Both the position numbers and the translations under genes were made by a program. A model generated the notes under the pieces. The model did no database searches and was not told where the DNA came from. It was given only the letters and a program-made list of their open reading frames with translations. From an uncultured Clostridia bacterium (lineage in GTDB: Bacteria > Bacillota > Clostridia > TANB77 > CAG-508), in the NCBI GenBank assembly GCA_948919095.1, contig CAQYCU010000001.1, positions 1 through 60,081 on the forward strand: a stretch of DNA of 60,081 bases, read 5' to 3'. Below, in pieces: positions 32,057 to 44,700 of the stretch; the first letter of the stretch is position 1, and every line of letters begins with the position of its first letter.

Positions 32057-32935
32057 CTACCTTTCTTGTTCTTTATTTTTTCTTGATTTTGCTTCTTGTT
32101 CAAAATAACTGACAATTTTAGAATTTATTGTTGTAAAATTTGTTCTAATATCGTCTAATTCTACTCTTATGTCTTTTCCTTTTTCTTTGCTTGATAAGTC
32201 ATTTGGTAGATTAGAAAAATCAAATTGTGAGGTTTCTAATCCATATTTTTTACATATCATATAAGAAATACAATAAGTTTTAAATTCTTTCATTTCTCCA
32301 TTTTCAACCCCTTGCATTTCCATTCTTGCAATTTCTTGTATAACTGTTTTTAACAAATAGTCTGATTTTAAACCTCTACACATATATAGTTTATTTTCGT
32401 TCTCTACATACTCTGCACCTTTTTCTCCGTTTGGTAATACATCAACAACTTCCCTTTTTGCCTTACAATCTTTAAATAATGCTAACAATATATCTTTATC
32501 TGTATATTCTCTTTCTTCTGGTATAGGTGCATTAGTTTGTGATATATCGTATTCTTCTTTTGGATTATAATATACTTTTCCATTTGCCTTATTTGGCTCT
32601 AATATTGTTATTGATTTTGCATCTTGTATAAGTTCATAACCTCTATCAATCCAATCTTGTTTTTCTTTTATTTGCATAGCATTAGGCTCTGTTTCTAATA
32701 TTAGCATACAATTTCCAACAGAATATTTTTCAAATCTACTTAATATATTCAAATATTGTGTAAATAAATTTCCATCTTTTGATAATTTAAAAGACATATC
32801 ATCTATCTTTTTGTATGCCTCATTTCTTTTCCTATTTTGTTCTTTCCAATTATTATTTTTATTGTATGGCTTATTATAATTGTTATTTTTACTTTTGTTA
32901 TTTGTTCCTAATAAATCTTCAACGATTTCATCCAT
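32057..32935 (-). CDS. ArdC-N-like (ssDNA-binding antirestriction-type) domain protein
   Basis: YSVGNCMLILETEPNAMQIKEKQDWIDRGYELIQDAKSITILEP resembles the ArdC N-domain pattern. Confidence 0.5.
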   Translation of the reverse strand: MDEIVEDLLGTNNKSKNNNYNKPYNKNNNWKEQNRKRNEAYKKIDDMSFKLSKDGNLFTQYLNILSRFEKYSVGNCMLILETEPNAMQIKEKQDWIDRGYELIQDAKSITILEPNKANGKVYYNPKEEYDISQTNAPIPEEREYTDKDILLALFKDCKAKREVVDVLPNGEKGAEYVENENKLYMCRGLKSDYLLKTVIQEIARMEMQGVENGEMKEFKTYCISYMICKKYGLETSQFDFSNLPNDLSSKEKGKDIRVELDDIRTNFTTINSKIVSYFEQEAKSRKNKEQER

Positions 32936-32936
32936 T

Positions 32937-33800
32937 TTATTTGCTCCTCTCTCTAATTCTATTTCTTTTTCTTCTTTTCTTCCTATTGTTTTGTGTTTCT
33001 AAATGTTTAGGCTCTTTAAAGTGTTTTCCTTTGTTCCTTTCATTTTCTTGCTTTAGATGTTTTTGCTCTTGTTTTTCTTTTATTACCGTATTTCCTGTTG
33101 CAACTGTTTTTTCTTTTGCAATTTCATTTTCTTCTTTTTCTTTTAATTCATTAGTAATTTGCTCTAGTTCCTTTTTTACTGACTTTTTCCCATTATTATA
33201 TAAATTATCGTTTTCTAATTTGTTCTTGGTATTTAAGGAACTCTCTAACTGATTGTTTTCTTCCGTTTTTTCATTACTGGGAGAATATTCTTGCATAACT
33301 TCTGTTTGTTCTAGTTCCTCTGGCTCTGCTAATAATTCATCAACCATTTTTTCATCTTCGCTTTTTTCTTCTATTGCTTTTGCCTTTTCTTCTTTTTCCT
33401 TTTCTATTTCGTGTTGTATTGTAGCTATATCTGTAAAATTAAATCTCTCTGCAATTCTGTCAACTTTTGAAGCATCTTCTTGTCTGACCATAATATCAAC
33501 AAGTCCGTCAATTTTTTCATTCTTTTTATCTGCTAATACACAATATAGAACTCCATATTTTTTTGCTTCTTGCGAAAACTTTTTCAAATCTTCTGACCTT
33601 ATTGTAAATATTTTTAGTTCTTTACCAGTTTTTAGCATATTAGTAAGTCTTGTTTTTCCTTTTGTTTGCTTATTATCTTTTGATAATGCAATAAGAAATG
33701 TTATAAGATTTTTTGACCCCTCTCCTGCAATTTTTAAAGTAAACCCTACACCATCTAAATAAATTTTTATAAGTTCTTCAGCTGAATCTGATGAGTTCAT
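32937..33800 (-). CDS. PcfB-family conjugation protein
   Basis: KGKTRLTNMLKTGKELKIFTIRSEDLKKFSQEAKKYGVLYCVLADKK...DIMVRQEDASKVDRIAERFNF matches the PcfB pattern as I recall it. Acidic/basic low-complexity tail. Confidence 0.7.
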   Translation of the reverse strand: MNSSDSAEELIKIYLDGVGFTLKIAGEGSKNLITFLIALSKDNKQTKGKTRLTNMLKTGKELKIFTIRSEDLKKFSQEAKKYGVLYCVLADKKNEKIDGLVDIMVRQEDASKVDRIAERFNFTDIATIQHEIEKEKEEKAKAIEEKSEDEKMVDELLAEPEELEQTEVMQEYSPSNEKTEENNQLESSLNTKNKLENDNLYNNGKKSVKKELEQITNELKEKEENEIAKEKTVATGNTVIKEKQEQKHLKQENERNKGKHFKEPKHLETQNNRKKRRKRNRIRERSK

Positions 33801-35145
33801 TGTTTTTCTCCTTTCCTTTTTGATTTTCTTTTTCCTTTTCTTGCATATATTCCATACTTTCCTTTATCTTTTGTTTTCTTTCTTCAATATCTTGGCAATA
33901 TCCCACCTCCTTTTTTAGTGTAAAAATACTATTTGATAACTGTAGAATTTCATCACACAATTTTTGTCTTTCATCTGCATTAGTAGTTTTTTGTCTTTTT
34001 CTTCTTAAAATTGTTCTTGTGTGCATTTGGTCATTCATTTTATCAATAGTTTGTTTTTTATATAAATAAAGTTCCTCCGTAGATTTTATATTATTTCTAC
34101 AAAGGAACTTAATTTCATTAGATATTGTATCCATTTTCTTGATGTCTTTTCTCATATCTTGTGATATTTTAACTTTATTTCTATTATTAGGAAATTTTTT
34201 TAACAAATAACAATAGTATAAATATAGTCTGTATAAACTCCCTCTTTCTTTATTCAAATTGTATTTATTTTTTGAATAATATCTTTTTACTTTTGATCTT
34301 GCTTCTGGAAATGGTACTCTTGGAACTTGTGAATTTAATATTCTATCTTCAATATTTGATATAGAATATTCTTCGCCAAAATTTCTTTCAATTCTTATAT
34401 TTCTTTTATATGGTGGTCTGCATACACTTATTTTATTTGCTCTTATTGTAATTGTATATCCCATATCTTCTAAAATCTTTTCAAAATTTTTATAAGAATA
34501 TGCTTGTGATATTGCATAATCAATATCTTCTTTTGCATTAGTATAATAATCTGACTTTTGAATATATGAAGTATAATATTTTGTATAATCTATCTTGTGC
34601 CTACCACACGGCTTTTCTTCAAGTACACTTAATCCATACTCTTTGCATAGATCGTCTGATGTTTTTCTCATTAGTGCATAATTCTCTCTTGTATTCCTAT
34701 ATTTTCTTCCATCAACAAATGAAACAGAATTTAATAGAAAATGATTATGCAAATGATTAGTATTAAGATGTGTTGAAACTACAATCTCATATTTATCTCC
34801 CCAAAGTTCTTCTGCAAGTTTTACTCCAATTTCGTGTGCAACTTTTGCTGTTACCTCTCCCTCTGCAAATGATTGAAATCCGTGATATGCAAGTACACCT
34901 TTTGTTTTTCCATATCTTTTTTTAGTATATATCATATCTCGTAGTGTATTATCTTCACTACAATTTATTCCAGTTACATATAATTGTTTCTCTGTTTTAA
35001 AATCTGCTTTTGTATATTCAATAGCATTGTGTAAATCTTTATACCAGTTTTTATTTTCTGTTTTCTCTGGATTAGTCGTATATTTTATAACTTTATCAAG
35101 TCTATTTTCAACTTTCCACAAACTTGTTGTTGCCACATTTACCAC
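33778..35145 (-). CDS. relaxase/mobilisation nuclease
   Basis: 455 aa with the N-terminal relaxase fold and His triad (STHLNTNHLHNHFLLNSV). Confidence 0.8.
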   Translation of the reverse strand: MVNVATTSLWKVENRLDKVIKYTTNPEKTENKNWYKDLHNAIEYTKADFKTEKQLYVTGINCSEDNTLRDMIYTKKRYGKTKGVLAYHGFQSFAEGEVTAKVAHEIGVKLAEELWGDKYEIVVSTHLNTNHLHNHFLLNSVSFVDGRKYRNTRENYALMRKTSDDLCKEYGLSVLEEKPCGRHKIDYTKYYTSYIQKSDYYTNAKEDIDYAISQAYSYKNFEKILEDMGYTITIRANKISVCRPPYKRNIRIERNFGEEYSISNIEDRILNSQVPRVPFPEARSKVKRYYSKNKYNLNKERGSLYRLYLYYCYLLKKFPNNRNKVKISQDMRKDIKKMDTISNEIKFLCRNNIKSTEELYLYKKQTIDKMNDQMHTRTILRRKRQKTTNADERQKLCDEILQLSNSIFTLKKEVGYCQDIEERKQKIKESMEYMQEKEKENQKGKEKNNELIRFS

Positions 35146-35459
35146 AACCTTTCCCTTATCAATGTTCTATACTCTTGCCATTTTTTAATTTCAGCTTGTA
35201 AAATTCTTTCATCATAAGACTTATTCCAATATGAACTTCTTTCCAATTCATTTAATACTCTTATGAAATCATTTAATGGTTTTATTATTGTATCGTAAAC
35301 AGTTTTATCTGGTCTTTCTTTTATTTCACATCCTAAAGCAGATTCTCTCATAAAATCAGAAACAGTTTTACCTGTTTTATTTGCTTTTGATTTTATTTTT
35401 TCTAGCTCTGTTGGATTAACTCTTATTCGTAGCATAAAATCTCTTGTTTCTTCTTTCAA
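35139..35459 (-). CDS. mobC: MobC-type relaxosome accessory protein
   Basis: 106 aa. RIRVNPTELEKIKSKANKTGKTVSDFMRESALG (RHH-like). Overlaps the relaxase start. Confidence 0.7.
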   Translation of the reverse strand: MKEETRDFMLRIRVNPTELEKIKSKANKTGKTVSDFMRESALGCEIKERPDKTVYDTIIKPLNDFIRVLNELERSSYWNKSYDERILQAEIKKWQEYRTLIRERLW

Positions 35460-35487
35460 TTTTCTGCTCCTTTCTTTATTCTTTTAA

Positions 35488-35536
35488 TGGGGATTGGGGC
35501 ATTGCCCCATAATTTAACAAATGTAGCCACATTTGT
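35488..35536. other. candidate oriT inverted repeats
   Basis: Upstream of mobC: palindrome TGGGGCATTGCCCCA (35495-35509) and hairpin ACAAATGT-AGCC-ACATTTGT (35517-35536). The position fits oriT, but the nick site is not identifiable. Confidence 0.35.
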
Positions 35537-35544
35537 CTTGCTTG

Positions 35545-35991
35545 TTAGGACAATAAATCTTTATCTACAATAATACAATTTTCACATTTTTCACATACAA
35601 TTTCATCATATTCTTTAGGTAAATCGTCTTCAATTTCTGTTTCACTTTCTTCGTCAAGTTCTTCATCATCTTCATTGCAATCTTCTATATAACTTTCAAC
35701 AATATCTTCTTTTATTTGTTTGATTATTTTGCTAATTAGCTTATTCAATTCTTGCTCATTTTTTATAGAAATCTGCTCTGTTTTTTCTTCATTTTCTTTG
35801 CTAAAATCATTTGAAATTTCATCTAGTTTTATTTCATAAACTTGATTATTTTTGTCTAAATTTTTGAATAAATATTCTTCATTTGTACTTAATAATTCAA
35901 TAGCATTTTCCAATGCTTCTTGTTTATTTTTAGCCTTTATTTCTATTTCCTTTTCTGCTACTTTTTTTATTATAAACTTAAAATTTTTCAT
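35545..35991 (-). CDS. acidic hypothetical protein
   Basis: 148-aa ORF with a C-terminal CEKCENC. Confidence 0.4.
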   Translation of the reverse strand: MKNFKFIIKKVAEKEIEIKAKNKQEALENAIELLSTNEEYLFKNLDKNNQVYEIKLDEISNDFSKENEEKTEQISIKNEQELNKLISKIIKQIKEDIVESYIEDCNEDDEELDEESETEIEDDLPKEYDEIVCEKCENCIIVDKDLLS

Positions 35992-35995
35992 AACT

Positions 35996-36983
35996 TTATC
36001 TATTCCTTTCTGTTTCTTTTTTTTTATTATTTTCTTGTTGTTTTAGTCCTAAAACTCTGCATAAATATTCATTATAATCTTTACCGAATTTTAGGAGTTT
36101 TATCTATAATTTCATACTTGTCTGAAAGAATAGTTTGTAATGCTTTTGTTGCATTTCTTCCTGCTTCATCATTGTCTAAACATAGTACAATCTTTTTAAT
36201 TTCTGGGTGTTTATCTAAATATTTTTTTATTGCAATTGGTACTTTACTTTCTTCAATTACTTTTGCAGGTTGATAAACTCCTGCAAGAGAAATCATTGTT
36301 TTATCTTCCCAATTTTGTCCATATAATTTAAAAAAGGAAGCAAAAGATAATAAATCTATTGCTCCCTCAAATATATAAATTGTATCTGTTTTTATATTAG
36401 ATTCTAACCTAAAAGAATAATTTTTGCTACTGCCTGTTGCATCATTTTTAAACTTACTATTGTTTGTTGCTCTACACCCTGCATACTTTGCATTTCCAAA
36501 CTCATCATAACCGACAAATACAACATTATGATAGTTTTTTTCTTCATAAATCAAATGTTTTTCAATACATTTTTGTAATATTTCTTGGTCAATTCCTCTT
36601 GATTTTAGATATTGTTTTGCTCTGTTTTCGTTGTTATTTCTCTCTGGTAAAATCAAGTGTCTTTCTATTGCTTTTTCTTGTGTTTGTATAATAATTGGTG
36701 TTTTCATATTCATTCTGTCTGCAACAATTTTTGCTGATAAAGGGTATGGTATATTTTGCACTTTTTCCATATAATCTACTGCATTTTTTCCTCCTATACC
36801 TACAGAACACCAATTCCAATATCCATTAGAAATCTTTAAACTATCGTGTGTTTTAGTACACCATTGTGTTCTTGTTTCTCTTACAAGTTCTTGTGGCTCA
36901 CAAGTTGCTAAATATGTTAATAAATCAACTTGTTTTGCTTTTGCAATTATATCTGGATGCACCCATATTCCCTTTTTTGACAT
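35996..36983 (-). CDS. Toprim-domain primase-like protein; needs a +1 shift at CGG 36084-36086
   Basis: IYIFEGAIDLLS and LCLDNDEAGRNA are Toprim motifs. The track ORF ends ...PKIR-stop. Skipping the C gives ...TPKI|GKDYNEYLCRVLGLKQQENNKKKETERNR-stop at 35996-35998, directly abutting the next gene's start. Confidence 0.75.
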
Positions 36984-36989
36984 AGGCTA

Positions 36990-37706
36990 TCATCTACTTT
37001 CTTGCTTTTTTTGTTTATTTTCTTTTTCATACTCTGAAGTAATTACATCTATTGTATCAACTATTGTAGGATATATTGTTTCTCCTAATCTTCCGTCTGC
37101 ATTTCGCCAATCTTCATAACATTCTGAAAGTAAACCATCTTGTTTAAGCATTGCCTTTATTTCTGTTTCATCTAAATTCATTTCTTTTATTTGTCCTATA
37201 ATTTCATCTTTTACAGTTAATTCATAAGCACGATCTATAATTTTTTCTGGTGTGCATTTTTTTAATTCTTCAATCAATTCTTTATATTCTGAGTCTAATT
37301 TTTCTTCAAGTTCTTGCTTTAAATCTTCAATTTTTTCATCTATTTTTTGTTTATATTTTTCATCTTGTCTGGCTTCAATTCGTGCATCAATTTGCTCTCT
37401 TAAAGTTTCATTTTCTATTTCTTTTAACATTGTTTCTTGCACTTTTTCTGCATTATTTCCAAAGAAATATTTGTCCTTATAACTTGAAAAATATACTTTA
37501 TAATCAAAGTTTTTCATCATTTGGTATAGTTCCATTTCTATTCCACTTGCCCACCATAAATCGTCTGTATTTTCAATTTTACTATAAGTCATACTTGGAA
37601 TTTCATACTTTTTTATAAATATTTCGCCATTATTTTTTAACATTTCATCTTTTAAATCTTTATAAATTTGCTTAAAAATATCCTCTGTTTTCATACTATT
37701 TTTCAC
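36990..37706 (-). CDS. hypothetical ICE protein
   Basis: 238-aa ORF. Confidence 0.4.
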   Translation of the reverse strand: MKNSMKTEDIFKQIYKDLKDEMLKNNGEIFIKKYEIPSMTYSKIENTDDLWWASGIEMELYQMMKNFDYKVYFSSYKDKYFFGNNAEKVQETMLKEIENETLREQIDARIEARQDEKYKQKIDEKIEDLKQELEEKLDSEYKELIEELKKCTPEKIIDRAYELTVKDEIIGQIKEMNLDETEIKAMLKQDGLLSECYEDWRNADGRLGETIYPTIVDTIDVITSEYEKENKQKKQESR

Positions 37707-37718
37707 TCCTTTTACTAA

Positions 37719-38693
37719 TTACCTTTCTTTGTCTTTTGTTTTATTTTTTTGCAGTTTTTCTTTATCAAATAAGTCTGGATTTTTCGTCATTTTTTCAAGT
37801 CTATACAGGTTATTGTCATTATTAAAATATACTGTATCTTTAATTGTTCCATATTTTTGATGCTTTAAAATTTGGTTATAAGTTAGAGTATCTTGTGTTC
37901 CTATAAAAACCCTTGTAGAGCCACTATTTCTTGCTAAATTCTTAAAAAATCCATTCAAATTTTCTATATTTTGATTAAACATTCTATTCGGAATATCTAA
38001 TACCATTCTAATATTACACTTACAATCTGTTAAAATTGCAACGGAATATTCCTTTTCGTTTTGTATTTGTTTTATTAAAGCAACTAATTCCTCTCTATTA
38101 GAAATTTTTATATTATATAAAGAATTATCACTTAATTTTTCTTTAACACTTTTTATAGTATTGTTACTTAAAACTTTTTCTTTTGGCATTAAAATTAATC
38201 CCTTTGAATTTTCTTCAATAATTGAATATTTGTCTTTATTCCCCAATATAATATGACCCAAAAAACCATCAACATTTGCAACAAAATTGCGTGTTGTTTC
38301 CATATCATTTTGAGATGGTTTAGCAGAATCAGATGTGTGATTATGAGCTAAATAATATCCATCTGCTTTCAATCTATTCATTCTATTTTTCATTGTTTCA
38401 TAAGTCCTAATAGGATTAAATTCAGAATATTTGTCTTTTGAAAAAAGCATTACCGCATCTGGTATTTTGCTAGTAATTGCTTCTTGACCTACTATCATAT
38501 TATCTTTCATATAAAATATTCTAAATGTTTCATAACGCGAATCTCTAAATATATTACAAGTTTCAATTAAATCTTCTTTTCCTTGTATTTTTACTTTACT
38601 TAAATCTATATAACCTTTTTTGCCTACTTCTACATTTTCTAATTTGTTATAAATAATTTTTGCATTTCTGTCCAATATCTTTCTCCTTTCCAA
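37719..38693 (-). CDS. RadC-like JAB/MPN domain protein
   Basis: YYLAHNHTSDSAKPSQNDMETT matches the JAMM H-x-H...S..D motif of RadC-like proteins. Confidence 0.7.
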   Translation of the reverse strand: MERRKILDRNAKIIYNKLENVEVGKKGYIDLSKVKIQGKEDLIETCNIFRDSRYETFRIFYMKDNMIVGQEAITSKIPDAVMLFSKDKYSEFNPIRTYETMKNRMNRLKADGYYLAHNHTSDSAKPSQNDMETTRNFVANVDGFLGHIILGNKDKYSIIEENSKGLILMPKEKVLSNNTIKSVKEKLSDNSLYNIKISNREELVALIKQIQNEKEYSVAILTDCKCNIRMVLDIPNRMFNQNIENLNGFFKNLARNSGSTRVFIGTQDTLTYNQILKHQKYGTIKDTVYFNNDNNLYRLEKMTKNPDLFDKEKLQKNKTKDKER

Positions 38694-38705
38694 TAAAAAA
38701 AAAGC

Positions 38706-41700
38706 CTATAATTCTGGCTCATCTCTATCATAGTCTTTGTCCTTTTTTTCTTCCTGTTCTTCTTGTTCCTCATCATCTAGTATTTCCTTATCTTTTTCGT
38801 CTAAATTAAGAGAAATGTTGATTTCATCTAGTTCTTTCGTCAACTGTTTTAGTTCCTCCTCTTTATTAAATGGGGCTTTTACTTCTTCTTTTGCATTATT
38901 AAATTGTCTTTCTGTTTCTTGCAATTTTTCTCTTGCACTATCTAACTCTTTTACAATTCCATCAATAGCATTTTCAATTCTTGTAATATTTCCTCTTGCA
39001 TCATCTCCTAAATCAATTGTATAGGTTTCTTTACCTTGCAAATGAAGAATAAATTTTTTGCTCCATCCATCTATTCCTAACAACATTTTAAGTCCTCTAT
39101 GTTCTCCTATTAGTTCTAGTGTTGGGTTTTCTTTTTTCTTACAAATCTCTAATATTTCTTTACCTGCACTTTCTTTTGTATTATATGTTTTGTCATTCAT
39201 AATCATAGTAGAAAATTTTTCTTCATTATCTATATGAGTATTTTCTTCTACAAGTTTTATATCACTTTCTATATTTGCAATTTTATCTTGTAACCTTTTT
39301 ATTTCTACTGGATAATGCTTTACTATCATATCTTCAAGTGTATAAATTTGATTCAAGTGATTTTGCTTTAATAATTTTAATTTTGCAACTTTATTGTCTA
39401 ACTCTGTTTTTCTAATTATTAACGGATTTCCTGCAGCTAAAGCTTTTATTTCTGCATACGAAAGTGCCTTATCGTCTATATCATCTGCAGAACGAACTAT
39501 TGCTTTTGATGTCATTATTTGACTAATAAATTCTTGTTTTCTCTGTAACATCTGGTACATATAAGCATCAAATGTTTCCTCTGTTACATAGTTAAATATA
39601 TCTATTTCGTCATTTTCATTTCCTTGTCTTACTCCTCTACCATCTTGTTGTTGTAAGTCAGATGGTCTATATGGTACATCTAAATGGTGTATTGCTTTTA
39701 TTTTGTTTTGCACATTTGTACCTGCACCCATTTTTGCAGTTGACCCCATTAAAACTCTTATTTCTCCTGTTCTTACTTTTGCAAATAATTCTTTCTTTTT
39801 TGTTTCTGTATCTGCAGTATGAATAAAAACTATTTCATTTTCTGGTATTCCTTTTGCTATCAGTTTTCTTTTTAAATCTGTATAAACATCTGTGAATTGC
39901 CATTCTTTTAGTTTCCACACTCCATTTACATTTTCCATTTCAAAAGGATTTTCTTCACTACCTAATGGCTTTGGAGTAGATAAATCACAAAACACTAATT
40001 GAGTTGATTTCTTATCTTTGGTCTTTTCCCATATTTCATATACATTATTAGCACAAGCATTTACTTTGCTTCCCTCAAAATCTGGTAACATAGGATTAAG
40101 CATTCTTTGGTCAAGTGCTAATTTTCGACCTTCATTTGTAATCTTAAGCATATTATCTTCTTTAGGATTGACTTGCTTTTTTCTTATTCTTTCTGCTCTT
40201 TCTCCTAAACCTTTTACCATTGCTTTTTGTATATCACTTGGTTTTACAACTATTGTTTTACGATTTGCCTTTGGAACTGGCAATTTCAATGTTTCAGCAG
40301 TTTGTATATCTGCAATTTCCTTAAACATTGCCATTAATTCTGGTAGATTATAAAATTTTGCAAACCTTGTTTTGCTCCTATATCCGACTTCCGTGCGACA
40401 TCAAGTTCCATTGCTGTTACTGTTTCTCCAAAAGTAGATGCCCAACTATCAAACTGTAATAAATTTGATTTTGCAAGAGTATTGTACTGTAAATACCTTT
40501 GCATAGTGTACATTTCTACCATTGAATTTGATATTGGTGTTCCTGTTGCAAATACAATTCCCCTGCCCCCAGTAAGTTCATCTAAATATTGACATTTCAT
40601 AAATAAGTCAGAACTTTTTTGTGCTTCTGTTTGTGCTATTCCTCCAACATTTCTCATTTTAGTAAATAAAAATAAATTTTTAAAATAATGTGCTTCATCA
40701 ATAAATATTCTATCGCACCCTAATTGTTCAAAAGTTACAATATTGTCTTTTCTGCTTTGGTCATTAAGTCTTTTTAGTTTTTCTTCTAGCTTTGTTTTAC
40801 TCTTTTCTAATTGCTTTATAGAATAATACTCTCCGTTCATTATTTCTTAAATCATCAATACCTTTTAATAGGTCATTTATTTGCCTTTTCAATGCTTTTT
40901 CTTGTCTTTCCTTTGACATTGGGATTTTTTCAAATTGTGAGTGTCCTATAATTATTGCATCATATTCTCCTGTTGCAATTTTACTGCAAAATTTCTTACG
41001 ATTATTTGTTGCAAAATCTTTTTTAGTTGCTACAAGAACATTTGCTGATGGATATAGTTGTAAAAATTCACTCGCAAATTGTTCAATAATGTGGTTTGGT
41101 ACAACAAATAAAGACTTGCTACATAATCCAAGTCTTTTACTTTCCATTGCAGAAGCTACCATTTCAAATGTTTTTCCTGCTCCAACTTCGTGTGCTAACA
41201 ATGTATTTCCACCATATAAAATGTGTGCGATTGCATCAATTTGATGTTTTCTTAAACTTATTTCTGGATTTATTCCACCAAATTGAATATATTGTCCGTC
41301 ATACTCACGAGGTTTTATACTATTAAATTGTTCATTATAAATTTTTACTAATCTTTCTCTACGAGCTTGATCTTTCCATATCCACTCTACAAATTCTTCT
41401 TTTATCCTATCTTGTTTTGCCTGTGCTATTGCTGTTTCCTTTGCATTTAAAACTTTTTGTTCATTGCCGTGTTCATCTATAACTGTATCGTTAATCCTTA
41501 TGTCTTTCAAATTTAATGTTGTTTCAATTATTTTATATGCGTTTGCTCTTGCCGTTCCATAAGTGCTATATGCTAAAACATTACCTTTATCTTCACTCTT
41601 TCCACTTATATTCCATTCAGAAGTATATTCAGAATAATGCACACTAATATTGCTTCTATTAGAGGATTGAGGTTTTAATAATTCAAACATAAATTGTTCT

Positions 41701-44700
41701 ACCACATCTATTGGTATCCAAGTTGCTCCTAATCTTACACTTATTTCACTAGCTGACAAATCTTTTGGCTGTGCTTGTTCAAGTGCTTTTACATTTATTT
41801 CATATTGGCTATCATTTTTTGCAAATTCCTGTGCAATTTTTAATTTTTCTCTTACATTTCCGCTCAAATATTCATCTGTAGTAACATAGTTTTCTTGCAT
41901 AGGTTCTTTATATATACTTCCCTCAAGGTCTTTTACAAGTTCTTGCTCTGTTTTTCCTGTAAGATTGCACATATATTCTATATCAACTTTTGCTTTTTCT
42001 GATATAGAAACAATTAAGGCATCTACACTATTGTTTACTTCTGATACTGCCTTGTGAGGTTTTATTGTTCTTTTAGTAAACATATCTGCTTTTCTTACAA
42101 ATTGTTTATTCTCGTTAATAATTTCAAGTGAGCATAATAAATAATAACTACTATCTTCATTAAATGCTTTTTCATTTGCCCTACTATTTATTATTCCATA
42201 AGTTTTTGTAAAACTATCATATAGGCTATTTAATTTTAATTGCTCTTGTTTTATCTCATCTTCGGAAGCATTATCTGTTTGTAATTCTATTAGGTTTCTT
42301 ACACAATCTCTAATGGCTATCATACCTTTTATTCTGCTTATTGTAGTCAATGGTAGTTCTTGTAAATACATTCTGCTATTTTCTCTATAATATATTTGAT
42401 TATCTACTATGGTATAGGAGAAATTTCTTACACCTGCATCTGCAGGAATACTCGTTTCCTCCTCATCTTCTATATCTAGTTGATAATCTTCTATTTCAGA
42501 GTTTATATTTATTATTGCTTGACTTAACAAGTTCTCTAATGGAATTTCATAAGGGCTACAAGTGTCAATAGGTCTTCCATATTGACCTTTATCTCTTTTC
42601 ATTTCTCCTAATATCATTTCTGGATGTTCTACAAAGTATTTATTCATTCTAAATCCATCTTCATTTTCTGCAATTTCTACCCAATCATCTTAAATATCAA
42701 CAATCTTATCTCTTTTCTTTAAGAATATAATATCAGATGTTACTTCTGTTCCTGCATTTTTCTTAAATGTATTGTTTGGTAATCTAATTGCACCTATAAG
42801 TTCTGCTCTTTGTGAAATATATCGCCTTACATCTTCATTTTCTTTATCCATTGTTCCTTTACTTGTAATAAAAGCTATAACGCCATTTGGTCTTACTTTA
42901 TCAAGAGTCTTTGCAAAAAAGTAATCGTGCAAAAGGAATTTATGCTTGTCATATCTTTTGTCAAAAGGTTTGTCCTCTCCAAAAGGTACATTTCCAACTG
43001 CTACATCAAAAAATGAGTCTGGCAATTCAACATCTTGAAATGCTTTTACTGCTATTGTATTTTTCTGATATAATTGTCTAGCAATTCTCCCAGATATTCC
43101 ATCAATCTCAATTCCATATAATTTACATTGTTTCAAGCTATCTGGTAACATTCCCATAAAGTTGCCAACTCCGACAACTTGGCTCTAAAATATTTCCTTG
43201 TTTTAATCCCATTTTTTCAAGTGCTTCATATATTGCATTTATAACTATTGGTGGAGTATAGAAAGATGTTAATGTAGATGCTCTCGCTTTCTCATATTCT
43301 TTTTCAGTTAGTAATGAAAGAAGTTCTTTATATTCTTCTGACCAATTGTCTTTAGTTTTATTAAAAGCATCTGCAAGTCCTCCCCAACCAACATACTGTG
43401 CTAGTATTTCTTGTTCTTCTGTTGTGGCATATCTGTTTTCATCTTCACACTTTTTTAATATCTTTATTGCTTCTATATTTCTTTTATATTTTTCTTTTTG
43501 AGTTCCCTCTCCCAAACCATTATCAGTAATTTTATAGTTATTTCTATCTTTTAATGGGATTTCTGGGTGTAAATCAAAATACTCTATTTTATTTCTTCGT
43601 TTTCTTTTTATATGTGGCATTAGTTTCTTTTCAGTTTGTTCTAATTTTTCTGGAGCATTTTCTTCTACCTTGTCATCTTCTTGTACCCCTTTATTTCTTT
43701 CTTCTTGATAATTTTCAACTAATGCTTGTGCTAGATGTTTGAAATAATCAACAACATCTGCATTATGAAAATCTATTTTTACTATCATTTTTCTTATTTC
43801 TTCTTGTTCTTCTTTTGATGTTGCTTTTATATTTTCTATAACATTTCCTAACTCAAAATAATGAATTTCGCCATTTGATTCAATAGAAAAAATCTCATCA
43901 AGGTCAATTCCTTTTTCTTCAATAAAAGTATCTAACCATTCATCAAATGAACTGTCTTCTTTATTTTCTTCTATATCTTCTATTAGTGTATTTTCAATTA
44001 TATCTTGTACTTTTCTTCTAGTTCTTACTTTGTCATTACCTGGATTTTCTTTTACCTTTCTATCAAATTCATTTCTATCCATTTCTTCAACAAGTATTGG
44101 AAAACTCATATCTCTCAATGCTACTCTATTAGTATCTATTGAACTAATTGAAAACTGTCTTGTACCTATATAAACTACATCTCCTACCTCATATTCATAA
44201 TAAGGCAATCGTTTTTCTAATTCTGCAAGCAATTCTCTTGCTTCTACTGCTAATTCGCTATCATAATCTTCATCTTCATAACTTGCTTTTAAAAAATCTA
44301 TATAATCTCTGATATTCAATTCATCATTTATATCTGCTCTTATTAGCTCTATATTATCTTCATCTGTATTTTCTGGTGGTACATTGTCCATATAAGCATA
44401 CAAATCATAATCTTTTATAAATGAGTGCAATCTTTCAGCAAGTTTATATTCTTCGTCTTTTATTTGATTTTCTAATTCTGTACTTATTTTTGGTCTATCG
44501 TTTGCATCTACCCAATCGTAATACTCATCTTTTTCTATATCTGTCAAGTACCTTTCTGCACTTATAAGTTCTCTTATTCTTTTTTCAACTTGTATCCAAG
44601 TCAATCTCAACTTTGGTGCATTTTCTTTATGTGCAAAAGATAATACTATTCCTTTTGAACTATATTCTTCACATACTCCATTACCATCTGCACTTCTGCC

